A DNA stretch of 64,000 bases from contig NMRA01000069.1 in NCBI GenBank assembly GCA_002633005.1, positions 363,740 through 427,739 on the forward strand, in the 5' to 3' direction. This DNA comes from Phoronis australis. Taxonomy: Eukaryota; Animalia; Phoronida. Shown here one piece after another: positions 35,169 to 49,520 of this stretch; positions within the stretch are counted from its first letter, which is position 1; each line of letters opens with the position of its first letter. Below the pieces are notes generated by a model, which saw nothing but the letters and a program-made list of their open reading frames with translations, did no database searches and was not told the DNA's origin. A program made the translations under genes and the position numbers.

Positions 35169-38100
35169 GCTCAAAACAGCAAGCTGTTTCTGTATGATCT
35201 TGTTTGAAGACAGTTTCGATGGCAGTGAAGTAAAATTTGAAAAATTAACACTGTTCAAGTTATAGTTAGCATTTATGCAATTTTGGCCAGTATCAGTTTT
35301 GCATGAAATTTGTGTACACTTCTAGAATCTAATATCCAGCCTGTGTGTACTAGTATTTGCCATGTTATTACCTGTTTAAGAGCATTATTTGCTTTAGGGT
35401 TGTGCTGAATGGAAAGGTCAGGAATTTAAATAATATCATAAATACCATGCCTTGTAGAAACAGTTAGGGTTTTGTTTTGTCTGCATGTTTTGGTCATGAC
35501 TTTTCCCCGGTTGAAAAACAAAGTTTCCCAATTTGGTTTTCCTGTTGTGTATTGCTTGTGTCATACTTGGCTATGAATTCTCTGATATTTCTCTCTCAGG
35601 TCAATTATATGCGTTTCCATATCCCCAAGCGATGATGTATATTTTCTGACTTGCTGTAGCATTTGCATAGTCTGTTTAGTCATACAACGTCTGCAATCTG
35701 GGTTTCAGATGAATTTTTGCTTTAAGCAGAAAGGAGCAAATTACTCGTCTCGGTTAGTTTCCCATTCTTTTCCTTGAAGGATGTTTACTACGTTTGCCTT
35801 ATCTGGAATGCAAAGTATGAAAAAGTCTTGATAAAAATCTCTAATTTTTATTTTCTACTGGACTGGTGTTTTCACATTAGCTTATAAATTTAATTTACTA
35901 GCAGTGAAAAGCAATGTTAATTCGAAGCCGAATTGTTTCCTTTCATGTTATATGGTCCCCTAGCTATAGTTTAAAGTGCCATTGGTAGTGGCTCCCTGAG
36001 TGACACTGATGGTTGAGATCAATGTGACTCATCTGTCTCATAGGAATAATAGGCTCTCTGTTCAGGGTGTCTCCGTNCTCTTCATTGTACAATGCTGTGG
36101 TTTACTTTGGGCCCACTTGACACTTGCTGTTTACCAGCAAGGCTGAAGTCAAAAATTAAGAATATGAGCACAGGCTCGGAAATCGCTTTCGCATTATATG
36201 CAGGTTCTCAATTGCTCCCTTGCATGCTGCCACTAGTATGACGGAGCTCAGAGGAGTAAGAAACACCTTTGTGCAATTGCTCGATTGTCAGCCAATTACG
36301 CCAGGAAATTGAACCCGGGTCTCCCAAACATGAGTCCCAGAGCTCAAACCACTTAGCCACACCTCTCCTCAAAAATCACTCTGCGTGCGTACCATTTCAA
36401 TAAGGTACTGGGTCAGTAATGCAAGTGTTTGTTTTTTAACTAATAATTGTCACGGAAGAAGATGAATAGTCCCAACACCCCAGTGCCAACTTGCATCTTG
36501 TCAAGTTCTTTGTAGACGTTAATTTACCAGCATAGTCAGAATCATCTGCACATTTAAAGATGTATTTGCATGCTCCTAACTATACTAATGTATAGCAGTG
36601 CTATTTTAACATAACCTACGCTAAACAAAGTGCAGTTGTATTCACTGACAGCTTGTAAAATAATGTGACAACAAAAATTTCTGCAAATAGGTGACCTTTG
36701 CACCAATGATGTCCCCTGGGGGTTCACACATCTCGCATCATGCAGTAGTATTCCACGACACCACCTCACAATACTTACTGGACACGGTTCAGTGATTTGA
36801 TTTGTCGCAAGACATTTTCAATGCAAAACTCGTTCTTTAAAATGTTTGGCAACTTTCAAGTTACTTCATATTCACACCGTTGCTTTATGTTGTATTTTAA
36901 CTAATTTGTCGAATAAATCGCAGAGATAAGTAATTAGCATGGAAGTCCGCTTTAAAGTCTCGTTCACACATAGCTTACTCTAGAACAACTTGCACTAGTG
37001 AAACTTACCCTACTTTTAAGTGGACCGTCCACACACGCATATATTCAGTAACTAGGGAAAGGTGGAAGTTGTCGCTCTATTTGTTACAAAGGAACCTAAT
37101 GTGTGTACGGCAGTGCGCGGCGCGCAAACGAAAACGCATCTCTTTGGTAACCGCAGCTGACAATTACTTCCAGCTTGCCCCAGATTTGCAGCCTCACAAC
37201 GATTAGAAGTGGTGCAAGTTACTGTAGAACAAGTTACACCACCTCGATAAGGTGGAGTAAGTTGTCACAAGTGGGGCAAGTTGCAACCAGCCTCCAAACC
37301 TAGCGACAACTCGTTCCAGGAATAACTTGTTCTTGGGTAAGTCTGTGAGGACGGCACTTAAGCTGTGTTTGGACTAAGTAATTCATTCTATAGCTGTAAC
37401 TCTTACTGGTGTGCACTCATTACTGTTCACTGTTGGTGGTTTCTGTCTCTAGTTGGCAATGCTATGGCTTTCTGATTCACCATTCCGTTGTTTCCAAAGA
37501 GATTCGACAGTAGCGCCACCTACAAAGTTACTTTTACTTTAGTCTGCCGTTTTCCTACTGAGTGACAACGGTTACATACTCTTGCTAAACCACCCTCACA
37601 GTAGATTATTGCCTGGCAACACTTTTTGAAATGGGGTTTTAAGGGATTAAGGGTTTTAAGTGTTCAGACCCTGTTAAATGTTATTAACCCATTTGGTGAG
37701 AACAGGACACTAGTTTCCAGCGTAGTCAAAATCAAAAGGTGTTGGCGTAAACAGCACATTAGTTCTGTAGTGTTATCTCATAACATTACCAAAACTAATT
37801 ACGAGTCATTAGAATGCATTTTGTTATTGATGGTACTTGTACTTCAAAGCCAAGTTATGTTATTTTCTTCAATCAGCAAGCCAGTCCTGTGCTGCTATTA
37901 CACTCAACTAATTTGCATTTATGGAAATTTTATTGACCATTCCTCAGCTGATTGATTGCTAGTTTTCTTGTCATAATAGGTCTTAGTTGACGAGGAAGGT
38001 TGGAGGTCAAAGGTTGGATGTCAAAGTTTGGCAAATATTCTGCAGTCTTATGTGATGTGATAAAATTTTCGAGTCCAAAATAATAAATATATAAACAATT

Positions 38101-39710
38101 CCTGATCATGTTTTGAATGGCAATGCGTGAAACTAATATCCGAGAGTTTCCTAGGCATTCGATCAGTCATTTCTGAAATATGATGTTCTGATGTTAGCCA
38201 TGGCGGACATTTTTCTAGGGTCCTACATAACATTAAACTCTTAAGTTTTTAAAGTTAGAAGCAAGATTATATGCTTGTGTGAGTAAAGACTTCCTTAAAA
38301 GATACTTAGCAACAACTTAATGCTTTACCAGGTTCATGTTTTGTACCGAAGCTGCCATCAGGCAATATCTTGAAAATATTGTGACGTGGTGTTGGGGAGT
38401 AACACTGCACGATGTGGGCAAGATACGTCATTAGGGCAAAAGTCACTTATTTGCAGAATTATTTTGTTTTCACATTTACGAGTAGTCAGTGAGTACAACT
38501 GCACTTTGTTTAGCGTAGATGATGTTCAAATGGCATTGTCATTTAGTTCGTGCTATTCATTAGAATAGTTGGGAGCATGCCAATGAATATTTAAAATTTG
38601 CTCAATGCCAGTTCGTCAGTACCTCATAACTAATGTGTGTGCGCCCGTCTGATAACAATAATCATACTCGTGGGATTGGTCATTACTTTTATGCAGCTAA
38701 TCTCTTTTATTAATTGAAAAATGAGCAACTCTGTTTTCTGAACCCAAGCGTGACGGTGCTCATGATAACTCTTACAAGCAAATAACACTACGTAGATCAG
38801 TAAGTGTGCATGAACACTTCACTAATTTTGCACAAAAAATAATTTGCCAAAAGTTTAAGTTCTCTATTTTTCAGAGGTTAACTTGCTGCAAATTATGGAA
38901 TCTTAATCAAATGTTGTTTCATGACATCTAGGCAGTACAAGCTAGCTAGCAATAGACAGGGGTTGTCTTAGTATTTGTTTCTGCAGAGAAATTTGACAAA
39001 ACATTCACTTGTCAATCAGACCATATGTGGTAAATAGGTGACTGATTGCCTACTTACAAATATCTGTATAGGTACATAACTGACACATGGAAATTTGAGC
39101 AATTAAGAACGATTAGTGGTTTGTGTAACCACTACTGAGCCGTTCAATTAAGATAAATTTACTTAGCCAGACTTTACTGTTTAAAGATCTGTCTTGAATT
39201 AAGTACTTCTTCCCTTATTGTTTAAAGTAAGAGGGTTAAATGACTTTCGCTTCGATTTTTGTGCAAAATAGTCTTAAATGGATTCGTAGAAGATTAGATA
39301 TCTCTCCGTTGGGGTTCTTGGAAGTTCCTAGGAACTGGCCTGAGCTTTCGTGGGTGAGTTTTAATCTGATATTTGTCTCGAGCAAAATTTCCCTGGGGTT
39401 GTACAAATCACCGACTACTTATCCACTAATTGCACTGGGATTTTTCCCATTTATCCTGACTTTTTGCCAAGTTAAGAGGTCTTTAGCACTGAAGTCTGCC
39501 CATCAATTATGTTTAACATAGTGTAGCATTGATAGGAACATCTCATTCATGCCATGCAATTTGCTTATAGTAGAACTTACCAAATTATTGTTTTTAATCA
39601 ACTTTTTCATTATTTTTAGCTAATTTGTTGTTTTGAATAATCAACACCGCTTTTGGCAGCCAATTCCCCTTCTCAATTTCCTCTTCTTGGGCTTGATATC
39701 CCACACATAG

Positions 39711-41399
39711 CAGGGCTCAACATTAACTTTTTAAGCCACTTGCCCTTTGGGCAAATAGTTGAAATTTTTACTTGCCCGAACAACAAATTCACTTGCCCCA
39801 AGTACAATCCCAAATAGTACCGTGCATGTGCACACCTAGGTAATGTGTTACCGTAGGGCTGCCTGTGCTGAGCCTGTCTTGTGTCGTGCATGCTATATAC
39901 ATGAACTGCCAGTGGCGGATTTAGGGGGGCCAAGGGGGCCATGGCTCCCCCTGAAATTCTACCAGATACCATTTGGGAGTTCGGGTGCACGCAAGCAGGG
40001 GCTCATCAGGGGTGATATACAACACATAGGCCCTGAACAAACTGAACAAACCCCGTTTACCTTTTTTTTTTAGTCAACAGGTCCTCATTCGAGGCCTCTG
40101 CGTCCCCACAATTTAGCCTGGGCGTGCACATCTGCCGAAATTCTGGTTATTCCGTGCCCTGGATCCGCCCCTGGTTGCTATTTTTTAACGATTCTTCTTA
40201 TAGAAAAATTATAAGATGCGTCAAAACATTAAAGAGACAAATTAGAAGAGTAACTATGGTATCTGAACCATTGTCTCACGTTCACAGGCGCCGAAATGAG
40301 CTAGGACATGAACTCTAGACTCAGTGTATTCATTAGTTTATACGCCCTCATGCATTAAACTTTGCTTAACCTGAATTTGAATTTTTGCTATCCGTAAAAA
40401 TCTTGCAGTTTTGGTCATCGGTACCTTGTATTAAATTAAAATCAAATTTTAACAAATAATAATGCCCCATATACTTTTATTTATATAATAATTACATTTT
40501 TGAAAAATAGATGCGTAGGCCGCGAAAAAGTGACCGTTCAGAGCGACAATCCTGAAGACCGTATTCCTCTTCTTTCGGGAGTCGCCAGCGGGAGCCGAGA
40601 ATTCATAAGAATTTCCTTTGGAATTCCCCCTGAATAAATACCAGGCCTTTAAAACTGCTGTGTAGTGTAGAAAATATGTGGTCAATCATTCACTTTTTAG
40701 CTTTTGCGCTTATCTGTATGACTTACATCCGCCGACGAACGCGGTGCTTCCAGCTCGGTACATGGGTAAACGCCGGCAAAANNNNNNNNNNNNNNNNNNN
40801 NNNNNNNNNNNNNNNNNNNNNNNNNNNNNNNNNNNNNNNNNNNNNNNNNNNTTTTTATTGACATAAACTCGATTTGAAGCTTTGATGTTGAGCTCTGCAC
40901 TGTGGTTTCCAATAAAAGCCAATTGGACATTTCAATGCAGTTTAATGGTGAACGTGAGGCAAAAATGTTAAGAACCCAGCGTATCGCATTTGTCTGCGGA
41001 TTTTTCCTTTGGCCTTCTAGATCCTACTAGTGCCTGGGACAAACAGATACATTGCATAAACAAACCCTGGATCATGTTTTGTGTCCCGTCGGAAGAAAAT
41101 TTAAATTCGAAAACATCTTCTGAAAACGCACAAAAAATTGTATTAGTAAAATCTACTGATTTTTAAGTGGTTTTAAAAAACAATCGGTAAACTCACCGAT
41201 TTTTGTCTCATTACTTTGATACGTGTTTCTCCCGAGAGGTTAGTACCTAACGTGAAGACGAGCACTCCAAATTGGAACGCTAAGTCCCGCGTGGTTGCGC
41301 TGCACGCGAAACAAGATGGCAGACGAACTTTGGAGCCTGACGAAAATAGGTAACCGGACGATACACGGGCAATCGGGCAACCGTTAGTGTTGAGCCCTG
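39711..41399. mobile_element. hAT-like element with a 5-bp TSD, containing nested insertions and the assembly gap
   Basis: TIR cagggctcaacattaac / gttagtgttgagccctg (16 of 17 match). catag lies immediately on both sides (39706-39710 and 41400-41404). Confidence 0.7.
40782..40851. other. Assembly gap (70 N)
   Basis: Run of n. Single n characters also occur at 10623, 36077, 48390 and 61018. Confidence 1.
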
Positions 41400-44387
41400 C
41401 ATAGGCTCACTCGTATGTGGGCAGGATTGGGCCTTTCCGACTTTAGTTTGACCAATTAGATTTCCGTACGCTTCCTTCCTGTACATAGTATATTGAGTAT
41501 GTCCTTGAGGGTCTGGAGTGGCGACTTCGTGGCTACCTGGGATTTTTACCAGGTCACCAAACAAAATCTGATGTTACATGTCTACCTGCAGGTCGCCAAA
41601 TCGAGCCTGTTTTGAATAAAAATGTCTAATCAGTCGTATATGTTCAATTTCAAAGCAAATTTGTGTAAAGGATGAAATTTATTGTCAAAATTGCTGACTG
41701 ATGTTTGCGTTGGTTGGGCATTTTGTGGATAAATCATCTGCTGTTTGTGCCTGGATCTTGGCGTAGAAAAGAAACCAATGCTGGTAAATTTCTTGTGGGG
41801 TTTGCAACATTAGTTTTGTTCCGGCTGTGTGCTCTCGTGATGATTATCCCTTGGGCGAATTTTTGTAGAACTCCTTATGCGTTTAATTGCAGTGGGGAAA
41901 TGAAATTATAGATGAGAAACCCATGTCTTATGCCATACTTATGTCTGTAAATGATTAAAATGCTGTTACATGGTGGTTCTATCTAATAAGAAGTAATATT
42001 TAACTCATCAGTCAATTAGTAGCATTCTTATGGCAAAAATGTGAGGACATGAAGTTTTTGCCCTAACTGTTTGTCTTGCTGCCCAGGTCTTGTCCTGCTA
42101 TAGTCTAAAAATTTCCCTAATGGGGTACAATTTTCATTGGTCTCATTAGCATCAAAATTCGAAAAATTATGTGTTCGGAATTGCATACTGAGAGATGTGT
42201 TTAGAGATGTTATCACACAAAAGTTCTCTCAATTTGACCGTGCTCTACCCCTCACTTTTAACTTAAACATCCGAGCGGAGAAATTTGTTGCCTTACTTTT
42301 CCCAACAAGTGACACTGTCACCCGAGATTGCTGGTATTTGTTAGGTTGTTATGATTCTTAAGGTCATCTTCAGGTCAAGTAATATTCCGCCACAATCCTT
42401 TTATATTTACTGGTTTCTACGGAGACACTCAGGGGCCCATTGTCAGGGTACAGTGTTCAAATGAAGTGGCAGCTGTCGTGAATCCTGTAGGCTATTGATC
42501 TCTTTTCCCATGTGTCCTCCCATAGACCAGTCGAATGATCTCTCCTTCACTGAATGATCAATACCTTTCTTCTCGTCTACACCATGTGCTGTCGTCCATT
42601 TATTGGGCCAAACAATACCTGCATCGAACCATCTCCTTTGAGCCCGTACTTTCTATGGTAACGAAAAACAAGCTAAAATAATAGAAAACTGAAGGCTTTC
42701 TTCTAATCTAACAAAATTCTTTGCTAACGTCTTAATCTGACTTTGCTCTGTCTTCTGGTGTCATCCTGATGATCCTAATAGTTATTGGTTGTTATGGGAA
42801 TGTAGTTGCCTGTGTTATAGAGTGTTTATTGGGAAAATAGCTCTGGGTTCTTCATCTAGTTTATATCCCAGCTATAAATTGTCTGGTAGAATTCTGCAAT
42901 AAGACTCGCATGGGCAGTCCCAAGGAAGTATACATATTTGATTTGTAGCTATCAATCTAAACAATTTCTTCATCTTTGAAGGAGTTTTTTCTGCATTTTT
43001 ATTCGAAGACTCACCCAAAGAGCGCAAGCACATTTCTTACGATGAACCTTATAGAGCTCTCATGACTTTCGCTCAGGTGTTTTTTGTGCACCGTGTGGTC
43101 TGTACATGTTTGATGGCCGACGAAAGGTGTTAGAACACTTGCAGTCTTTTCTGTTGGAAAGTCAACATTGATTGTTTTTATGACTGGGAAAAACTTCTTG
43201 TGCTGAATAGGCCATATCATCTAACTTATGAAAAAGTGATTTAACTTCTATCCTAAAACACGATTACCGTATATGCTACGATTTGCAGTTTTAAAGACGG
43301 TACACTTCAAGCAGTTGTTATTTTGTTATTTTGTGAATCTTTAAATCCAGCAATAACCATTTGGTCTGGGCGGTACTACACAAAAATATCTTTCTTCTTA
43401 CCCGTATATTTGTTGAGTTTCCGCCAACATTAATATTGCCGAGCCAAAATACGCAACATCCTGCATCCTTTTGCATATCTTTCCACCTGTTAATGACGGT
43501 GCTGTTAAGGGTCACTTCACCCCGCTTCAATAAGATCAGTGAAGCAAATGTCTATATAGGCTTGTGTGAAGTTAACAGTGCATCCTAAAAAATAACAAAA
43601 CCTGAAATATAGTTCAGCTGCGTTGAATAGTGCGTGATAGGTGGTTCTGTGGAGCCGTCACACTTTGGTACGTGTCGGATTGCGTCACACTTTGGTTTGT
43701 GTCGGATTGCTGTTTTTGAATCACGACCAAGGGTTTGACAGTGACCAAGCACACAGATAGTTCTAGATTGTTCTATCGTGCAATTACAATGTTTATTGCT
43801 GTGATCCTTACAGTAAACTATTGGATTTAGGTGTATGACAGCGATGAATTAATTTTCACAAGATTGTTATAAATAATGATAAAGTGGTCAATAAGCTGCC
43901 ATGGCCACCAATCTGAGGATGAAAGTTGACCTGTAGGCTCAAATGGCGCTCCATTGTGTAGTTATTGCTTACTTTCCATTGTATATCACACAGAAAGAAC
44001 ACAAGTTATAATCAATAACTGGACTATCATTGTACCTGCCTAATCACGGTTACCACAAAATAACAACTGACCTGTTGTCTGATTTGTTTATAAACCTGCT
44101 GCCTTTGTCTACATTGATTACGAGATTTTCCGAAAAATCAGTTTTGTGACGAGAGCCGTGCGATGTATTGGTTGTTCATAGAACACGATTTTATTCTAAA
44201 TTCTTTAAACAGAAGTTGCTATAGATTGTAAAATTTTCAAGATGACTTTGCACACTTGGATTTTGTTTTTGTGATGAATTGTTCCAAGTTATTGGAAGTG
44301 ATAGTGAGCTGGTTTTATTCTTTCAACGTTACAAAACTCGATGGGCATCCGAAGTAAAAATTTTGGCCAGTAAAAGCTTTGTTGGCC

Positions 44388-44478
44388 TGATGATCCACAA
44401 ATCAAGAATCCACATCTTGATGATCCACAAATCAAGAATCCACATCTTGATGATCCACAAATCAAGAATCCACATCTT
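44388..44478. repeat. 30-bp minisatellite, 3 copies
   Basis: tgatgatccacaaatcaagaatccacatct repeated three times. Confidence 0.97.
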
Positions 44479-44904
44479 CTCATAAAACACTTGTTGATAA
44501 ATGTTCTCATAGCTCTATACGCAGTTCTCAGATATTTTATTGTTCCTATTTGTTTTTTAAACGTTTCCATGGTAACAGTCAGCTTTCACCTTCAACAGCT
44601 CCTGACGTTGCCTTGTCAACCCGCATTTCTGTATTAGCTGACAGAAGTCCATTTTCAAATGCTCTGCGAAAATCAATTTTCTAATTGGAGACTGTCGCCT
44701 AGATTATGTGTTACGGTATGAAAATAGTGTCATTTTCTAATGATATTCTTATGTGGGTGGTGATGCTGGAGTCGGGGAGTACGCACATCTTTGTTAGTAC
44801 TCGGATGCCGTCCACTTTTCTCATCTTACAAATTCTGGTGGACAAGCCGAACTGAGTTGATGAAGGCTCGCAACAATTTTAAGCAATTATTGGGCCTAAA
44901 TAAT

Positions 44905-45492
44905 CCGTGTGCTGGTTTTCAGTTCAATTTTCAATTTTAAATTGAAAAGAAACATGGAATATTGACTCAAAATTCAATATTCTATTTTCAGTCTAAAAAT
45001 GGAAAATGAATTTCGATATTTCATGTTCAATTTGTCATCTTACCACCGACGCTTTACAACAAACCACAGCGTTGCTTTTCTAAACACTATCCTGATTGGT
45101 TGAAATGTTTTGTTTTGTTTTCTTCCATCATCCGCTGTATAGGTGGTAAACAATCGTCCAGCGCAGACATTGTCAAATTCAGAGTTGTGTCCACTAAACC
45201 TCACAATTTGCTTTACAGGTGACCTAATTGATTGACGCGTGGGTGGACCTTAAGTTATGTTAGACGCATTTTGATTAGCTGTCTGTCAGCCAATTGCACA
45301 CGTATCATAAAATATTGAACGCCGATTTCCAATTTCATGGTTTAGTTGAGAATGGAAAATTGAACCATGAAATATTGACCATCATTTCATGGTTCAATTG
45401 AGAATGCAAACTTGAACCATGAAATATTGACAATTACTTCGTGTTTCATTTTTCAATTTCAAATCGAAAATTGAACTGGAAACCAGCACACA
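44905..45492. mobile_element. MITE with long TIRs
   Basis: gtgtgctggttttcagttcaattttcaattttaaattgaaaa is inverted as ttttcaatttcaaatcgaaaattgaactggaaaccagcacac. There is an internal 54-bp duplication at about 45333-45435. Confidence 0.8.
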
Positions 45493-47369
45493 GACCCTGA
45501 ATAATAGTTATCACTTCATTTTCTACAAAATTATCTGCTACTTTTTCAAGAGCCACTTGGCTACAAATAAACTTTACCTTGTTTGGTGACCTTTGTACTG
45601 ATAATAAAGTATAATACTCTTGAACTCCATTTTTGTTAAGAATATCGGCATTCCATTTTACATTGCGCTAAGTGGGAAAATCAGCCCAATTGCCTTGTAA
45701 GTGATTTGTGAAGTCCTGAATTGATGAGGAGAAAGGCTTGTGTAGACTATACTAGTACAGCTGAATGAAGCATGCGGTACTCTGCCATTTTGTTTGGGTA
45801 TTAACATTAGAATACGGATATTGCCAATCGGATACCGATACTGTTAATCCAATACTAGTGCTTGTTCAATACTGATATTCATTGGATACAGATACCAAAT
45901 ACCATTACTAAAACAAACTTAAACATTTTCTGTAATTGGAGGCCAATCTGGAAGTGATTATGGCCAGGTCGGCAAGCCACAACTTTTCAAAAAGTTGAAA
46001 AATTTTAAGTTGATGCGAGTGGGCGGGTGCTTTTTTCTTTTGGTAGTGAGGTGAAGGTTTCTAAATCAGTTGACACGAATACCAGAACCAACTGTGTTTT
46101 TTGGCTTTTTAGTTTATTTTTGTGTGTGAAAGCATTATTTACGCGTTGGATGATTTTCAGAACTCAAAAATTATGACAGCAATAAATTAAGGTTCATACA
46201 TGGTTTGTCACATGACACAGACTGAAGGAAAATAAAGCCTGCCACACATTGAATCAGGCACAGTTTCATTTTTCAGGGTTTCGATTACTTCACTGCATGC
46301 TTTTCGTTTCTATACCACACAGTGTTTTGTACATTACCTGCACTGGGACGTAGTGTGCAATGTTACCTTTATTCATCAGATAACGTTCAAGCTCAACTGT
46401 GATATACACTGGAGTGGACATGAATGACTACATACCTTGATGATACTGAGGCATATTAGTCTCGGCTCATGTTGTGTATAGGTATGCAGGTCATCAGGCC
46501 AGCCTGATTGGCAGGGTTGATTCACAGTCTGCTATGTTCTATATAAGCTTGAAACATGTAACCCTCAAATTTAAATCCATATACCTATGTTTGAAATATT
46601 TTGGAGCCTTAGTTGTAATTTATCGGGGTTGGTATGATTTCTTAACGGGAACAAACTCTGTGCACATAAAAATAAGACTGCGTGTTTACGCCAGGTTGTT
46701 TTAAATATCTGTTTTTAATCATTGTAACATTTTAGAAATAGTTTTTCAACATGGTCAGTCCTTGCCCAATCGCATGTTATCAAATGCTGGTTGCTTCAGT
46801 TAAATTGCCTTCGCAATCAATATTTGAGGCTCATTTGGAGTTCATTGAATGATGGGGACTAATTCTATCCATTCATAAATTCAATCAACTCATTGATCAA
46901 TGTGATCACATGATTCCAGTATTTTCACACTAATAGAGATGATGTTCAGAGCAGCCTAATGGCCCTTTCTCACTAATGGGGATGGTGTTTAGGGTAGAGT
47001 TGGTCGATGGGAATTCTCAGATTCGCTCTTGGTTCAACGTCAGAGCACAAGTTATCTTCAGGGTGAACAAGTGGGTTTATCAGCGAAGTGTCGAAGTGGC
47101 GACATTTTAGTTCAGTGTCATTGAAGTTATTGGCATTTGAAACTGTCAACAAAAGCACTTGTTGCGTTAAAAAGAAGTGATTATATTTTGTTGAAATATC
47201 CATCCTTCTACTTCTAGCGGTTCATTTCGATTATCCAGCTACCTGCTTGAATCTCCATTATTGACCTTTGTACTTACGGTATAACTTCTTAAAAATCTTT
47301 TAAAATTGCAGTAACCACCTTGTGATAACTTAGCTCCCACTTAGCCTGTCCTAAATTGTACAACTGGGT

Positions 47370-47720
47370 TGTAAAACTGTACCGTCAATTATGACATAAT
47401 TCAAAACTACACAATTCTTCATTCATCACAACTAAAACTGAACTGTTAATTGTGACATAATTCAAAACTACACAATTCTGCCATTCATCACAACTAAAAC
47501 TGTACTGTCAATTGTGACATAATTCAAAAATACACAATTTTGCATTCATTACAACAAACTGTACTGTTCATTGTGACATTCAAAACTGTATAAGTCTGTG
47601 TCCATCACAACTAAAACTGTACTGTTAACTGTGACAAAACTCTCAAATGTTCACACCCTGTCCACTCATCACAACTAAACCTGTCCACTCACCACAACTA
47701 AAACTATACTGTTTAATAGT
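47370..47720. repeat. Minisatellite of about 60 bp; longer version at 48391-48850
   Basis: The unit aaaactgtactgtcaattgtgacataattcaaaactacacaattctgccattcatcacaact is repeated with variants. Confidence 0.95.
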
Positions 47721-49520
47721 CCTTAATTTTCAGACTTAGTTTTTACATTCATCTACTAAACCTACACTGCTTGCTATAATGGAACTATCAAAGGCAGTCA
47801 CAAATTTATCTTAACTGTATCCTCTCTTCTGAGTATGTCACACAGCCGCCAAAACTTTTACTATTACATTGAGGGTCCAATATGGGGCATCTGTAAAATT
47901 TTGTTTTGTTTTGTTTTCTTTTTCTTCATAAATCATACACATTGCAAAGTAATAATGCTTTGCCATATCCAGGTTATGAACCACAGCTACCAACACAAAT
48001 ATTTTGGATAATGGGGAATTCACAGCAATGTTAAAAACTCTTAAAAAATGAAGAGAACGTGCCGTTTTGGCAATTATTTTTGTCCAAAATTTTTTTGCGT
48101 CCTTGTACTTAAAGCCCTACTCAGTGCTGGTCAAGTTGAACAGTAACTTCAAACTCAAATCAGGTTTGTATTTATGAATCTTTTCATTGAAGGAATCTTT
48201 GAACCTCATTCAGGTGATGTGTAGTGTTGTGTTAAAAGCACCTACTCCGAGCTTCAATGAACGAACACAGGATTACCACAATGATAGTTTTTAAAGATGG
48301 CGCTAGTGTTTTCAAAGATGTTGCCATGGCTTTGGCAATTAAAAACACCCAATGCTGTCAATTAGGTAGTGGTAAGTATGCCACCTAAANTAAAACTGAA
48401 CTGTTAATTGTGACATAATTCAAAACTACACAATTCTGCCATTCATCACAACTAAAACTGTACTGTCAATTGTGACGTAATTCAAAAATACACAATTTTG
48501 CATTCATTACAACAAACTGTACTGTTAATTGTGACATTCAAAACTGTATAAGTCTGCGTTCATCACAATTAAAACTGAACTGTTAATTGTGACATAATTC
48601 AAAACTACACAATTCTGCCATTCATCACAACTAAAACTGTACTGTCAATTGTGACATAATTCAAAAATACACAACTTTGCATTCATTACAACAAACTGTA
48701 CTGTTAATTGTGACATTCAAAACTGTATAAGTCTGTCCATCACAACTAAAGCTGTACTTTTAACGGTGACAAAACTCTCAAATGTTCACACCCTGTCCAC
48801 TCATCACAACTAAACCTGTCCACGCACCACAACTAAAACTATACTGTTAAATAGTCCTTAATTTTCAGACTTAGTTTTTACATTCATCTACTAAACCTAC
48901 ACTGCTTGCTATAATGGAACTATCAAAGGCAGTCACAAATTAATCTTAACTGTATCCTCTCTTCTGAGTATGTCACACAGCCGCCAAAACTTTTACTATT
49001 ACATTGAGGGTCCAATATGGGGCATCGGTAAAATTTTGTTTTGTTTTCTTTTTTTTTCATAAATCATACACATTGCAAAGTAATAATGCTTTGCCATATC
49101 CAGCTTATGAACCATAGCTACCAACACAAATATTTTGGATAATGGGGAATTCACAGCAATGTTAAAAACTCTTAAAAAATGAAGAGAACGTGCCGTTTTG
49201 GCAAATATTTTTGTCCGAAATTTTTTTGCGTCCTTGTACTTAAAGCCCTACTCAGTGCTGGTCAAGTTGAACAGTAACTTCAAACTCAAATCGGGTTTGT
49301 ATTTATGAATCTTTTCATTGAAGGAATCCTTGAACCTCATTCAGGTGATGTGTAGTGTTGTGTTAAGAGCACCTACTCCGAGCTTCAATGAACGAACACA
49401 GGGTTACCACAATGATAGTTTTTAAAGATGGCGCTAGTGTTTTCAAAGATGTTGCCATGGCTTTGGCAATTAAAAACACCCAATGCTGTCAATTAGGTAG
49501 TGGTAAGTATGCCACCTAAA
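47433..49520. other. Near-identical tandem duplication across a single N (47433-48389 vs 48391-49520), probably two haplotypes
   Basis: Both copies run from taaaactgaactgtt to gtatgccacctaaa with scattered substitutions. The join is exactly at n48390. Confidence 0.85.
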
